DNA of 64,000 nt, taken from assembly GCF_009914755.1 (NCBI RefSeq), contig NC_060944.1, one strand, 5' to 3'. This document shows, piece by piece, positions 15,413-31,356 of the stretch (its first letter is position 1; each line of letters starts with the position of its first letter). The notes under the pieces are model-generated. The model saw only the letters and a list, made by a program, of their open reading frames with translations, searched no databases and was not told the DNA's origin. Source of the stretch: the human T2T-CHM13v2.0 reference genome, Homo sapiens. The position numbers and the translations under genes are program-made.

Positions 15413-15608
15413 GAGAGGCTGGATAGGTGGAGCACAGGGATTTTTAGGACAGTGAAACTATTCTGTACAATACATCAATGGTGGATGCATGTCATTATAC
15501 ATCCATAGAGTGTACAACACCAAGTGGGTATATGGGAACTCCCTGTACTTTCTGTTCAATTTTTCTGTGAACCTAAAACTTCTCTAAAAAGTAGTTTAGT
15601 AGGTTTTT

Positions 15609-15612
<4 letters not shown>

Positions 15613-15640
<28 letters not shown>
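15613..15640. repeat. (TG)n microsatellite
   Basis: Read directly from the sequence. Confidence 0.9.
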
Positions 15641-15654
15641 AAGTCCCTCTAGTA

Positions 15655-15780
15655 ACCAGGCATGACGGCATCCACCTGTAGTCCCAGCTACCAGGGAGGC
15701 TGAGGTGGGAGGATCACTTGAGCTCAGAAGTTCAAGGACAGCGTGGACAATACAGCCAGACCCTGTCTCTTGAAAAAACA
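15655..15780 (+). mobile_element. Alu monomer (FLAM-like)
   Basis: Single-arm Alu sequence. Confidence 0.75.
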
Positions 15781-15794
15781 AAGTCTTGGCACTT

Positions 15795-16200
15795 CCAGAG
15801 CCCGGTGCTGCCGGCCGCGGGAGATGAGTGCCCAGTAGGGAGACTTCTGTGAAGCGTCCCGGTCCTGCGACGTCGCCCACCCGGGAGGAGGCGGCTTCTC
15901 GGTTCCTCAAGGCCCCCGGGAGTCCGAACCTCGGCAGGAGGCTGGCAGCGGCGTGGGGACCCAGAGGGCAGGGGCGGTCTGCGGGGCGGCCCTGGGACTC
16001 CCTCCCTCCCTCTCCTGCTGCGGCCGCCCTGGGATATGGGGGCCGTGGATGGGGGTCGCCGCTGGAGGTGTGGCCCTGGGTGGTCCATCCGGCCGCAGAG
16101 GCCCGTCCCCCGTTCACCCAGGCCGGTACCCTATGGAGCACCTATTACGTGCAGTGCTATTCTGGGTTCCTGGGATGCCACCGAGTGAGACGGACACACA
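15795..16200. promoter_or_regulatory. CpG island, GC-box rich, non-repeat
   Basis: High GC with many CpGs and GGGCGG boxes at about 15971-15990, in an otherwise CpG-depleted region. Confidence 0.7.
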
Positions 16201-16771
16201 GACTCTCAGCCCAGAGGGGAACCGTCCCTATTAATCAGGTATGATCCTCCCTCTGCCCGTCGCCTAATAACCCCATTGTTTCCAGACAACAGATCAACAA
16301 GTGCTTCACGTGCAGGCGGCCTGGCATGCCTGGCATCTTCCAGCACACTCCCCTTGGCTCTGCTACAGCCTTTTTGGCCTTTTACTTCTTGAACGTGTGG
16401 TTCCTTGGGTAACGATGCCCTCTTTGGTCTGGTTAATTCCCCTCCTTAGGATTTCTTGTATTAGGGCAATCCTTGCTAGTTTCTGTGTACAATTTGCCTT
16501 TTCATGGGTTTTTCGGACTACCACATACTCGTTCCTAGCACTTAGCACAGGCGTAACCTTACAGTTATTTGAGTGCAAGTTACACAAGAACAAGAATTTT
16601 TCCGCCTAATTTCTAGTACCAACCACATTGCTTGGCACAGAGTATGGTTCAATAAATATTTGTTGGCTGAGAGGCAAATGTATTTGTAATTATCATGTGA
16701 GATACCTGCTGTAAAAAAAAGGGAATACCTGCCTGGCAGATGTGACTTAATTTGCATCCTCCAGGATATGG

Positions 16772-17087
16772 TTTTTTGTTTTTTTTTTTTTGTTTTTTTT
16801 TTACAGAGTCTTGCTCTGTTGTCCAGGCTGGAGTGCAGTGGCGCGATCTCCCATCTGCACTTACTGCAATGTCTGCCTTCCAGGTTCAAGCGATTCTCCT
16901 GCCTCGACCTCCCAAGTAGCTGGGACTACAGGCGCATGCCACCATGCCCAGCTAATTTTTTGTATTTTTAGTAGAGACGGGGTTTCACCGTGTTAGCCAG
17001 GATGCTCTCAATCTCCTGACCTCATGATCTGCCTGCCTCAACCTCCCTAAGCGCTGGGATTACAGGCGTGAGCCACCGCACCCGGCC
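16772..17087 (-). mobile_element. Alu
   Basis: Poly-T followed by reverse Alu consensus. Confidence 0.93.
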
Positions 17088-17127
17088 AGGATATGGCTTT
17101 TAAGTTGAGATCTTCAGGGTGAGCAGA

Positions 17128-17352
17128 GCAGAAGTCTCCCTTGAAGCCAGGAGCTCAAGCATAGCCTGGGCAAAATAGTGAGACTCTGTTTCTCCAAAAA
17201 CATATGAAGTTTAGCAGGGCATACTGGCATGCACCTGTAGTCCCAGCTACTTGGGAGGCTGAGGTGGGAGGATCCTTGAGCCTAGGAGTTTGAGGCTGTA
17301 GTGAGCAATGATTATGCCACTGCATTCCAGCCTGGAAGACAGAGTGAGACCT
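17128..17352 (+). mobile_element. Alu (J-like, partial)
   Basis: Alu consensus. Confidence 0.8.
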
Positions 17353-17709
17353 GACCATATACGTGTACATATATGATTATTACACAATTGGAGATTGAAA
17401 TATAATCTATAATCAGTTTTTCATTTACTGTATTTGAATATTTGCCTATGTTGCAAAATATTCCACAATATGGTTTTTAATGTTTAGTTTATTTTTTTCC
17501 AATTTATACCAAACTGTTGGATATAAAGTTTGCATTTTTTGATATTATAAATAACTCTGCAGTGAATATGAGCTGAAATCTCAGATAAATTCAAGTTGAG
17601 ATTTTTAAAATTAAAAATTGGTTTTAAAATTTGGATACTTAAACAGTATATATGTACATGGTAAGAAAAAGAGTTACCTAAGATTCTATGGTTAAAAAAG
17701 CTTCCTTGT

Positions 17710-18055
<346 letters not shown>

Positions 18056-18366
18056 CTAAATGAGAGAAAATCATATGCACTGTTCTGAACCTGCCATCTG
18101 ATACTTAATAGAACAGATCGAAACATTCTTAGGTAGGTATTTCTGTGAAGGAAAAGTTGCAACAGTTTACACTCCCGCCAGCAGATAATGGGAGTCTGGT
18201 TCCTTGTACTTTCTCTAGCTTGAGGAATTATCAATTATCACTTTTTAAGTTCTCAATCTGATGGATAGAAAATTACATTTTATTGTTTTAATTTGCCATC
18301 TTTATTTACTAGAGAGTAAGAAGCTTTTTATATGCTTATTGGTTATTGATAGGTGAATTGATCACT

Positions 18367-19110
18367 TGCTATGGTTTGGATGTTTGTCCACTACAAACCT
18401 CATGTTAAAATTTGATCCCTGATATGGTTTAGCTGTGTCCCCACCCAAATCTCATCTTGAATTGTAATAGCCCCCACATGTCAAGGGTGGGGCCAGGTGG
18501 AGATAATTGAATCATGGGGCCAGTTTCCCCATACTGTTCTTGTGGTAGTGAATAAGTCTCACGAGATCCAATGGGTTTATAAATAAGAGTTCCCCTGCAC
18601 AAGCTCTCTTGCCTGCCGTCATGTAAGACACGATTTTGTGCCTCCTTTGCCTTCTGCCATGATTGTGAGGCCTCCCCACTCATGTGGAACTGTGAGTCCA
18701 TTAAACCTCCTTTCCTTTATAAATTACCTAGTCTTGGATATGTCTTTATTAGCAGTGTGAGAACAGACTAATACAATCCCCAATATTGGAGGTAGGGCCT
18801 AATGGCAGGTATTTGGATCATGAGGGCAGATCCCTCATGAATAGATTAATACCCTCCCTGCAGAGGGTGGGGGGGTGGGCACAGTGAGTGATTTCTTATG
18901 ATTAAGAGCTGGTGGTTCAAAAGAGCATGGCATCTCCCCTGTTCTCTCTGTTGCTTCCTCTCTTGCCATGTGATCTCTGCACATGCCAGCTCCCCTTCCC
19001 CTTCTGCCTTGAGTGGAAGCAACCTGAGGCCCTCACCAGATGCAGATGCCTAGCCTTGATCTTTCCAGCCATCAGTCATGAGCAAAATCAACCTCTTTTC
19101 TTTTTAAATT
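18367..19110 (+). mobile_element. MST-type MaLR LTR interrupted by a THE1 LTR (18420-18775)
   Basis: THE1 tgatatggttt...gactaataca with 5-bp TSD atccc at 18415-18419 and 18776-18780. Confidence 0.85.
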
Positions 19111-20099
19111 AAAAAAAGTAAAAACAAAGTCTCTCTAGTAATATAAAATGATAAAACATAAAATTGAATCAGATGTAAAATGTGTTGTGGACCCCTGACG
19201 TTTTTGCAACACAATCAAAACCCATTTCCTCTCTCTTGCCAGCAGAGGAAATAGGTTTAGTTAAACAAGGATGTGTTTTTGGAGGGGTCATTTGGAAAGG
19301 GAAGAGAAATGATGGGAGGAGAAAACGATAATCAAACCTCTTGGGAGAGAGGGTCACACAGATTTTAACACCTTTAACATGGGAAGTCACCATTCCCATC
19401 TACTCCCCATGTAGGCAGAGAAATGGGGAGAGGCAGAGGAGAAATGCCCAGAACAGGAGGGAATGGCCAGGAGTTGGGCAAGTCAGTTGGCCCCTCCTGG
19501 GCTCAGTTTTATCCCCTGTAAACCAGAAGTAGCAATACTTACCTTACACTCTTTTGTGGAGATTAAATAAAATAAAGTGTTTGCTATGCAATGATGCTGA
19601 ATAAATAGTACTAATTGTCATACCTGATGCTTGGCAAACAACAGGAAATTGCTAAGTGTTGAATGAATCTTACTGTATGTTGTCAGTCACTGACCTCTGG
19701 CTTTTCCAGGTGCTGTGGACCTACTGACACTTTTTCTTATCTGGTATTGTAGAATTTCTCTTGCCTCTCCAAGGCCAACTCCTCCCTCTGGGATTCCTTT
19801 GGTCCCTCCCACTTGTTAATCCACAGAGCTGGCATCCTTATCATCAGTTATGGAAAGCCTATGGCTTGGTTTCACTGGAACAGTCTCGGGTTATACCTGT
19901 TGTCCTCATGTTTTGCTTGTTTGGGTATTTGTCCTTTTTGTTGTTGTTTTAACAAAGTATTATTGTCAATAGTTGCATTAACTGAAGCTGGGGTGGATTT
20001 AGTAAACTTCCACTTTGTACTTGCAGCTTCTGCCGTGCTCTCACCTTATAGGCTGTGAGATACATGTGTAGTGAGCGAAGTGCTTTTTTTTAGCACTTG

Positions 20100-21480
20100 G
20101 TCACAGTGTAACTAACCCCTTCTTTTTGAGAACAGCATGAGGGGCACTCAATGATAAAGCAAAGTGCAGTCTCATGCCAGCAGCCTAGAAAAAGCTTGAT
20201 TAGATGGAAATCAGAAGACACAGATTGCCAATCACAAGAACCATCAGCATCTACTTCAAAAGTTAATAGCTACATTAAGAAGATGGCGCTAAAAGATAAT
20301 GATTAAAATGAGGGCTACAAAAGGTGAGCCTACATATTACTCTATGAAGCATGACTTCATTTAGATCAAAAGACTGTTCTTCTAAGTTAATTATACTCAT
20401 TACTTTCTCCAAGTTTTTTTATGCACACATGAAAAGTGAAGCAATGGTTGTTAATGTGTTGGCTCCATTAAGAGAAGTCAGCAGTTAAATGATGCCGTCA
20501 GAGGATTCAAATAGAAAATCATGATTTAATGTTTTTCATTTAATTCATGAAATCAAAAGTCTTTTGGAAATTCACTCTTGTAGTTTAAGCATTTGACATT
20601 ATTGTGATTAATATTGAAATCAGTTGACAAGTGCAACACAGAGGTAAAATTACTTATATTGGTAAAAATAATGTTCTTACTAAATTAAGAAACCTGTAAC
20701 TAGAAATGCACTTGGACTTGGTTGTTGCATGTGCCTAATTTCTAACCATATCCAAATAAGCTGCACCATTCCACCATTTGAAATAGAAGGTACAGTTGTC
20801 ATAATTTATAAAGATTTTATACAGTTAAATTAACTGAACTAAAAAAGTTTATGACAAAGCTGAACACAAAAGGATATTTCCTAATGGCAGTACATGTTCT
20901 TTGTCCCCTTTTCCAATTACAAAACAACTTCACATTTTATGTTATAAAATATAGTCATTTGTTGAGAACATAAAGCCTAGGAGAATGGGTATTTTGATAC
21001 AAACTCTGAACAAAACACCACCCTTGCTACTTCCTGCACAATGATTATGTTTAACGAATAGCTCATCATCCTGTACACAAGCTATTTCATTCGTGAGAAC
21101 TGAAGCTGCTTAAAAACATTGATAACTTTCCAATTCCCCAGAAGAGGTCTTATATATAGGCAATGTATAGGATATTTATTAAATTGGTGTTGTATACACT
21201 TAATATTACATATCCAAGAAAAGAAATTTGAGAAAGAGAAATTAAAATGCACTTGGGAGTTTTTTTTCTTGCAACCGGTGTTAAATTCAGCTCTTTACCT
21301 ACAGAATGCAAAACAAGACACCCAAGAAGAACCCCACTGTTGTTAAGTTACAAATTGCTGTACGTAAGAAACAGTTTATTTGAAGGAAAATGCACTTATT
21401 TTTAAGTTAGTATCACACCATGTATAACCTAAAGTTAGAAAAGTCACTTATTTGAAGGCACAATTCTATTCCAGATTATA
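20100..21480. mobile_element. Ancient DNA transposon remnant (possibly hAT-type)
   Basis: AT-rich, degenerate transposase-like texture. Family not determined. Confidence 0.35.
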
Positions 21481-21616
21481 GACAAATCAAAATCTTACAG
21501 ACCTCACCTGGCAAGAAAAATGAGGTCACTGGTCTATCCTGTGGCTCCAGAGTCTACGTCACGGTCACACCCAGGCCTCCAGGAGCAGTATCTAGTTCTG
21601 TAAGACAGAAAGTTCT

Positions 21617-21865
21617 ATTTCTTTCTTTCCTCTTTCTTTCTCTGTCTTTCTCTTTCCTTCCCTTCTCTCTTTCCTTCTTTCTTTTTCCCTTCCTTCCTTT
21701 TCTTTCTCTTTCTTTCCCTCCCTCCCTCTTTCTCTTTTTCTTTCTGTCTTTTCTTCTTTCTTTTTCTTTCTTTCTTTCTCTCTTCCTTTCTTTCCTTCTT
21801 TCTCCTTCCTTCCTTCCTTCCCTCCTTTCTTCTTTTTCCCTCCCTCCCTCCCTTCCTTTCTTCCT
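21617..21865. repeat. Polypyrimidine (CTTT/CCTT)n low-complexity tract
   Basis: About 250 bp almost entirely C/T. Confidence 0.93.
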
Positions 21866-22391
21866 GCTATATTCACCATGTGAAAAGATTCTGCAGCCTC
21901 CTCCGGGCTTTCTTCATTCTACCCGAAAAGGCAAATGACTTCACTTTCTAAAGTAGCATCAGCAACCGCTCTTTTGTGGCAGGAGGAACAGGAATTGAAG
22001 ACCCAGCAGAAAGCAGAAGTCAACTGCTATAGACAGCCTTGACATAGCTTAAGCTAAAGGCTTTGAACGAGAATAAAACAAAATACATAAGCCCTCCAAC
22101 ATGTCAGAAGAAGATAGATTTTTAGAAAAAATAAGGTTGCCCTTTCCTTTCATCTGCTTAAGGAAAAAAAAAAAGAGAGCGGGTGGGGGCCGTGACTGGC
22201 TTCATCAAGCCAGTAAAAGACAATGAAGGTCCATAAAATACTCTATGGTATTACTTTACTTCAAAATAGTAGTTTTCCTCAGGCCACTGAAAAAATGGTA
22301 GCAACCTATAAATGTATACATTTGAAAAAAAAAGTTTAGGTCCAAGGTAATGACTAATCTCTGAGTCTGTGCCTATAAAGAGAAACAATGA

Positions 22392-25169
<2,778 letters not shown>

Positions 25170-28034
25170 AAAGAGAAACAATGATTATGACAAAAGAAGA
25201 TGTTAGAGAAGGAAAATGGAAAAACTTGAGTAGAAATGTACACACAAGTGCTCCCCATTCTGGTCTCACGCTTCTAAGCAGCCTTTTCCCTGAAAGCCTT
25301 CCAAACTAGTTCTGCTTGGGCAAGATGTATGTCTAAATTCTTTTGCTTTTATCAGTTGTCAAGAACATAATGTTGAGTTCAAAGGATAACCAAACCTTGA
25401 ATCTGATTAGCTTTTATTCCATTCTCACTTGCAAAAATCATGAACTAAGCTTTATTTAGCCCTTCACTGGGATATCTGTAACGACATGGATCAGACTCCT
25501 TGAAGTGACTGCGATATGGCCAGACTTCATAGAAAACTGTGTTGGCTGATGGAGACTCTCAATATTTATAGGAAAGTCATGTGTAATGAGATGGGACTTC
25601 TACAGATTAATTGTCCCACCACTGGAGGAAGTGCAGCTGCCCTGGGTGCAGCCCTGCCTCTTTTTGCTCTGCTGCCTTAGGCCATTGGAGCTACCACTTC
25701 TAGTACAAGCCCTTCTGCTCTCCCAAGCCCTTGGCATAAGTGTCAAGATCTCTGAAGTGTTGTCTGAAAGTTCTCTTGCTTGGTTTCAGGTGCTTCCCCC
25801 TCACTCCTGACCCTGAGGATGGGAGGAAACTTGCTATAGCCCTTAACGACTCCTTCCAAAGATCTTTCCTTTCCCTGCTTCTCTGTACTTTTGTTTTTTT
25901 TTTGTAGCAACTTTATTCATAATAATCCCACACTGGAAATAACACAAATATTCATCAGCAAATACATAAACCAATTGTGGTATATTACAATGAAATCCTA
26001 TTCAGCAATAAAAATAAAAAGCTACAGACATATGCAACAGCAAGTATCTCTAAACATGTTAAGGTAAAGAAACTAAACACAAGAGTATATACTATCTGAT
26101 TTAATTCATATGAAATTCTAAATCAGGGAAGAAAACTAACCTTCCAGTAACAGAAGGTGGATCAGTGGTGACCTAGGGCTGGGGAGAATGACTGCAAAGG
26201 GAGAGGAAATTTATTCTGGTAAGAAAATGTTCTTTACTTTGATTGGGGGTGGTGGTTACATGGTTGTACACGGTCATCAAAGATCATTGAACTCTACAGT
26301 AAAAATGGCTACACTTAATTATAGTAAATTATACTTTCATTAAGTTGATCAGAAAGAAAAAACGTCCCAATGAGGCGATAGTCAAAAGTCACCACACCAG
26401 TGTCTGTCTTAATATTTGAATAGGCACTAAATTTCTAGGTTTCTATTTGTTTCATAGCACATGTCAGGGGGCCAAGTTTCCATCTAAATAAATGGCTTAA
26501 TGAATTAAATTATAATAGAGGAAGATACTTTTATATATATATATACTTCTTTTATTTTCAGAGATAGGGTCTTCCTCAGTCACCCAGCGTGGAGTGCAGT
26601 AGTGCAATTATAGCTCATTGCAGCCAGCCTAAAAGAGGAAGATATAACAAAATTATTCAAGAAATGAATCAAAGCCTATGGTCTAAATGTTTTCCAACTG
26701 AGTGATTAACTTTTGATATGCTATTTTGTGTTTATGTTTGAATCCTGAGTTGTCAAGTGTTTAGAAAAATCTGTCAAGTACACAAGTCTACCTTTGTGGT
26801 AGTTGGATCAAAATATTAAATCTCTTATCAAATGTTTAAGAAAATGTGATTAACAAATTATGTAAGTGGTATCAAATGTTCAGGATAATTGGAATTTACA
26901 AACTGTTAAAGAAATGGGAATGTAATTTCTCATTTTTATCGAATTTACTGTTCTTATGATATCTTCAAGTTGAGCTTAGAGATTTAAAAATGCTGTATTT
27001 TAAAAGTAAAACTAAGATTGTTAACATTATTTACTGTAAGTTATCTTTGTAAGAGTGGTAAAATATATACATGATGTGTCGTTACATAATTTCATTTAAA
27101 AAACGCATCACTTTGTGTGTTTTTATATTGCTATAAACCATAAGGCCAGTCTACAAGGTTTGTAGATAAAATAGAAACATACCTTCCTTGAAAAGCAGAA
27201 TAAATTTCTTAAAAGGCAGGACGGAAGTGTTTGAACTATGTGTCAACAAGCTTTACTGTCAAAGTAGGCTTTTGGTATGGAAAGAAAAATACTTATAAAT
27301 ACTTGTTTTAATATTTGCTTTATTAAAATACGTTTAAAATACAGCTTCTCTCTACTCTTCAACTTCTCATGTAGGTTGGAGGTGGGTGGTTGCTAATGCA
27401 GGCATGACTTGTTTTTGCAGCCTCTTCCTATGTTCCGCTTAGGTGGTCTAGGGTCCTGGAGGTATTTGCCATGGGCTCAACTGTCCTTGACCTTCTCAAC
27501 TTGTAAAGACAATAGAAATATTTGCTTCTAACAAAATTTCATTATTCACATAGCAACTTATCTTCTTGAGGAAATATTCAAGAAACCAGACTGCTGTCCT
27601 TAGAAATATGTGCCAACTTCATGCATGCGTGTCTGAAGGTCCTCATTATTCTTCCCTCTTGAGATGGGGGAGACCCTTATTATTCATTCACAATCCTGTG
27701 GGAAGTGCAGGGAGCCTTTCCTTTAGAAAATATGCTATTTATCTAAAGGTGGAGGTTTGAAGAACAGAGGTTTTTAAGCATCACACTCAGAAATGGAAAT
27801 GTTATGAGAGACAATAGGGTTTCCAGTTACAGCCCTAAAACTCAACATGTTCAAAATTAAAAGCCTGATCTCCCCATCCAAAGGTGCTCCATGTGCTGCT
27901 TTTTCTAACACACTTGACGGCAATGTGTTATTCCAGCCTCTTAGGCCCAAAATCCTGGGGACATCACTGACTTCTCTCTCTCTCTCACTCTACAGATTAG
28001 CAAATCCTATGAGTTCTATATGGAAAATATATCC

Positions 28035-30261
28035 AGGGAAATTCAGCTTCTGCTTAGGATGATAAAATTCAGAAAGAGTGTCATCTCCACTCTTACAACA
28101 AAAATTTATAGTTGTATAATCTACAAAATAAAATCTTTTCTTGAACTGATCAGAGAGCTGAAGTTGCAGGGCAATTGGCTAATCTGAAATGTAAAGAAAA
28201 ACAGATGCCTCCAAGAAGACATGAGCCATGTGCAAATGCCTCCCTGGGGCAGAGGCTGGACGCCAAATAAACTGGTAAGAAAAATTCAAAGTTTTTTTTG
28301 CCAAATTGCTAAAGTGAGTATGTGTGGGCTAACATGAGAATATAGAACCCCAGAGATCCATGGACATGAAAGAAATTTACATGTACATGCAGGCTCTTCT
28401 CCACAGACTTTACTGGATTCTCAGAAAGGTTGGGTCAGGATGAGAGTTCAGAGAAAGGTTCCTTCATGGTGCAGACCTAGGGGACGTGGGCAACAGCTAC
28501 TGTAGGAAAAAGCCCAAAGCCCCACCCAGATCCTTCACATCTGTCTCCCATATGGAACAAAGCATTAAGCAGCTGGAAAGAACAGCAAATCTGCTTTTCC
28601 TCAGGTAAAGGAACAGAAAGAAACCCCTTTTGTACCACTGGGGAAAGGATAGAAAAATATCCTGGGCCTAAACCATTAGAGATCTACTGAGATGCCCAAG
28701 GGAAGGACCACTGAGAAGTCTCCACTTCTGGAACCCTGGACCATAGTGACTAACACTGTGACTGAACCATAACAACAGAGCTCCCTGTGCATACACCCCC
28801 CACCCCAACCGGGTTAATAGGTCCTGAGTGATAAGTAACAGCAGTCTACTACTGATAAAGGGGAGATACAAAGAAGGACCCACTCTGAGGCGCAGGTGTG
28901 CAAAGGGAAGACCTAAAGCAGAGGGTAAAGCACCTATTGAGAAAAATCTTCTGCAAACAAGTCCATCCAGAACACAAGGCAACAGAGGATTAGAAGCCTG
29001 GGTGCACTGAAAGCAAACACAGCATTATCAGTGCCCAAACTTAGGGCACTGTTCATCTAATAACTAGATTGACTCAACCTCACATAAAAACTGCCTAGTA
29101 AGGGTAATTGGCAGGCCATATGCAGAAGATTGAAACTGGACCTCTTCCTTACATTATATACAAAAATCAACTTAAGATGTATTAAAGACTTAAATGTAAA
29201 ACCCAAAACTATAAACTATAAAAACCCTGGAAGATAACCTAGAATATACCATTCTGGATATAGGGCCTGGTAAATATTTCATCATGAAGACTCCAAAAGC
29301 AACTGCAACAAAAATAGAAATTGACTAATGGGACCTAATTAAATTAAAGAGCTTCTGCACAGCAAAACAGACTATCAAGAGAGTAAACAGACAACTTACA
29401 GAATGGGAGAAAATATTAGCACACTATGCATTCGACAAAGGCCTAATATCAAGGCTCTACAAAAACTTAAACAAATTAACAAGCAAAAAACAAACAACTC
29501 CATGAAAATGTGGGCAAAGGACATGGACAGACAATTTTCAGAATAAGACATACACATAGCCAACAAGCATATGAAAAAATACTCATCATCACTAAACGTT
29601 AGAGAAATGCAAATCAAAACCACAATGAGATACCATTTCACATCAATCAGAATGGCTACTATCAAAAAGTTTTAAAAAAAAAACCAGATGCTAGGAACGT
29701 TGTGGAGAAAAGGGAATACTTACATGCTGCTAATGGGAATTAGTTCAGCCATTACGGAAAGTAGTCTGGCAATTTCTCAAAGAACTTAAAATTGAATTAG
29801 CATTTGACCCAGCAGTCTCATTATTGGGTATATCCAAAGAAATACTTAACTATGAAGCAATAGTAACCAAGAAAATTTAGTACTGATAAAGATAGACATA
29901 CATATCAATGGAATATAATTGAGAGTCAAGAAATAAACCCACACATCTGTGGTCAACTGATTTTCAACAAGCATGCTAAGACCATTCAATGATGAAAGAA
30001 TAGTCTCTTCAACGTGATTCTGGGACAACTGGATAACCACATACATATACAATATAAACAATTTAACTCAAGGTGGATCAAAGATTTAAATGCAAGAGCT
30101 AAAACTGTAAATCTCTTAAAAGAAAATGTAGGGATAAATCTTCATGACCTTGGATAATAAAGTAAAAAAATACTTCATGGAATGGGAGAAAATATTCCAA
30201 ATTATATATCTAAGAAGGAACTGGTATCTAGAAAATAGATATAGACAGATAGATGATAAAT

Positions 30262-30307
<46 letters not shown>

Positions 30308-30610
30308 CACTTACAACTCAATAATAAAAATACAAATAACTCAATTTTCAAAAAGAGAAAGTATCTAAGTAGATATTTCTCCAAAGATAAGCACATGAAA
30401 AGATCCTCCATGTCATTAATAACCAGGAAAATACAAATCAAAACCACAATGAGATACCCTTATATGGTAGTGGAAACTTAAAATGGTATTCTTGCTTTGG
30501 AAAATAATCTGGCAGTTCCTCAAGTGTTTAAACATAGAATTACCATATGATCCAACAATTACACCCCTAGAGAATACCCAAGAGAAATTTTAAAAAATGT
30601 GTCCACACAA
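28035..30610 (+). mobile_element. Mosaic of old L1 fragments, including an L1P-type ORF2 3' piece at 29100-29845
   Basis: Degenerate ORF2 C-terminal sequences (gaatgggagaaaatatt, aatgcaaatcaaaaccacaatgagatac). Confidence 0.75.
30237..30305. repeat. (GATA)n STR
   Basis: Read directly from the sequence. Confidence 0.95.
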
Positions 30611-30813
30611 AAGCCTTTGGGTTATTTAGCAGTGTACTGTTTATTTTCAAATTTCTTGTTATCTAGACACACACACACACACACATACACACACGTGCAC
30701 GAAAATGAATATGTGAGATACAGCTAAAGAAATGCTGAGAGGGAAATTTCTATCTCTAAATTCTTACATTAGGAAAAAAGATCTCAAATCAATAATCGAA
30801 GCTCACACCTTTA

Positions 30814-31176
<363 letters not shown>

Positions 31177-31356
31177 CTATGTTTGAAAATCTGTCAGTAT
31201 AGTTCATTGCAATAACAGTCTAAAGAAGAAAAATCAGATGACTGTATCAAGTTATTAGAAAAAGCATTTGACAAAATTCTACACACTGTCATGATTAAAA
31301 ACTCAGAAAGCTAGATATTATAGAGGAACTTTCTCAACTTGATAAATAACATCTAC

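Noticed and set aside
15596-16244. Overlapping 90-180 aa Pro/Gly/Arg-rich ORFs
   Set aside because: Expected stop depletion in a CpG island. No recognisable domain, and they partly run into an Alu.
16772-17352. Closely spaced inverted Alu pair as a hairpin or instability site
   Set aside because: Different, diverged subfamilies and one copy is partial. This is a common arrangement.
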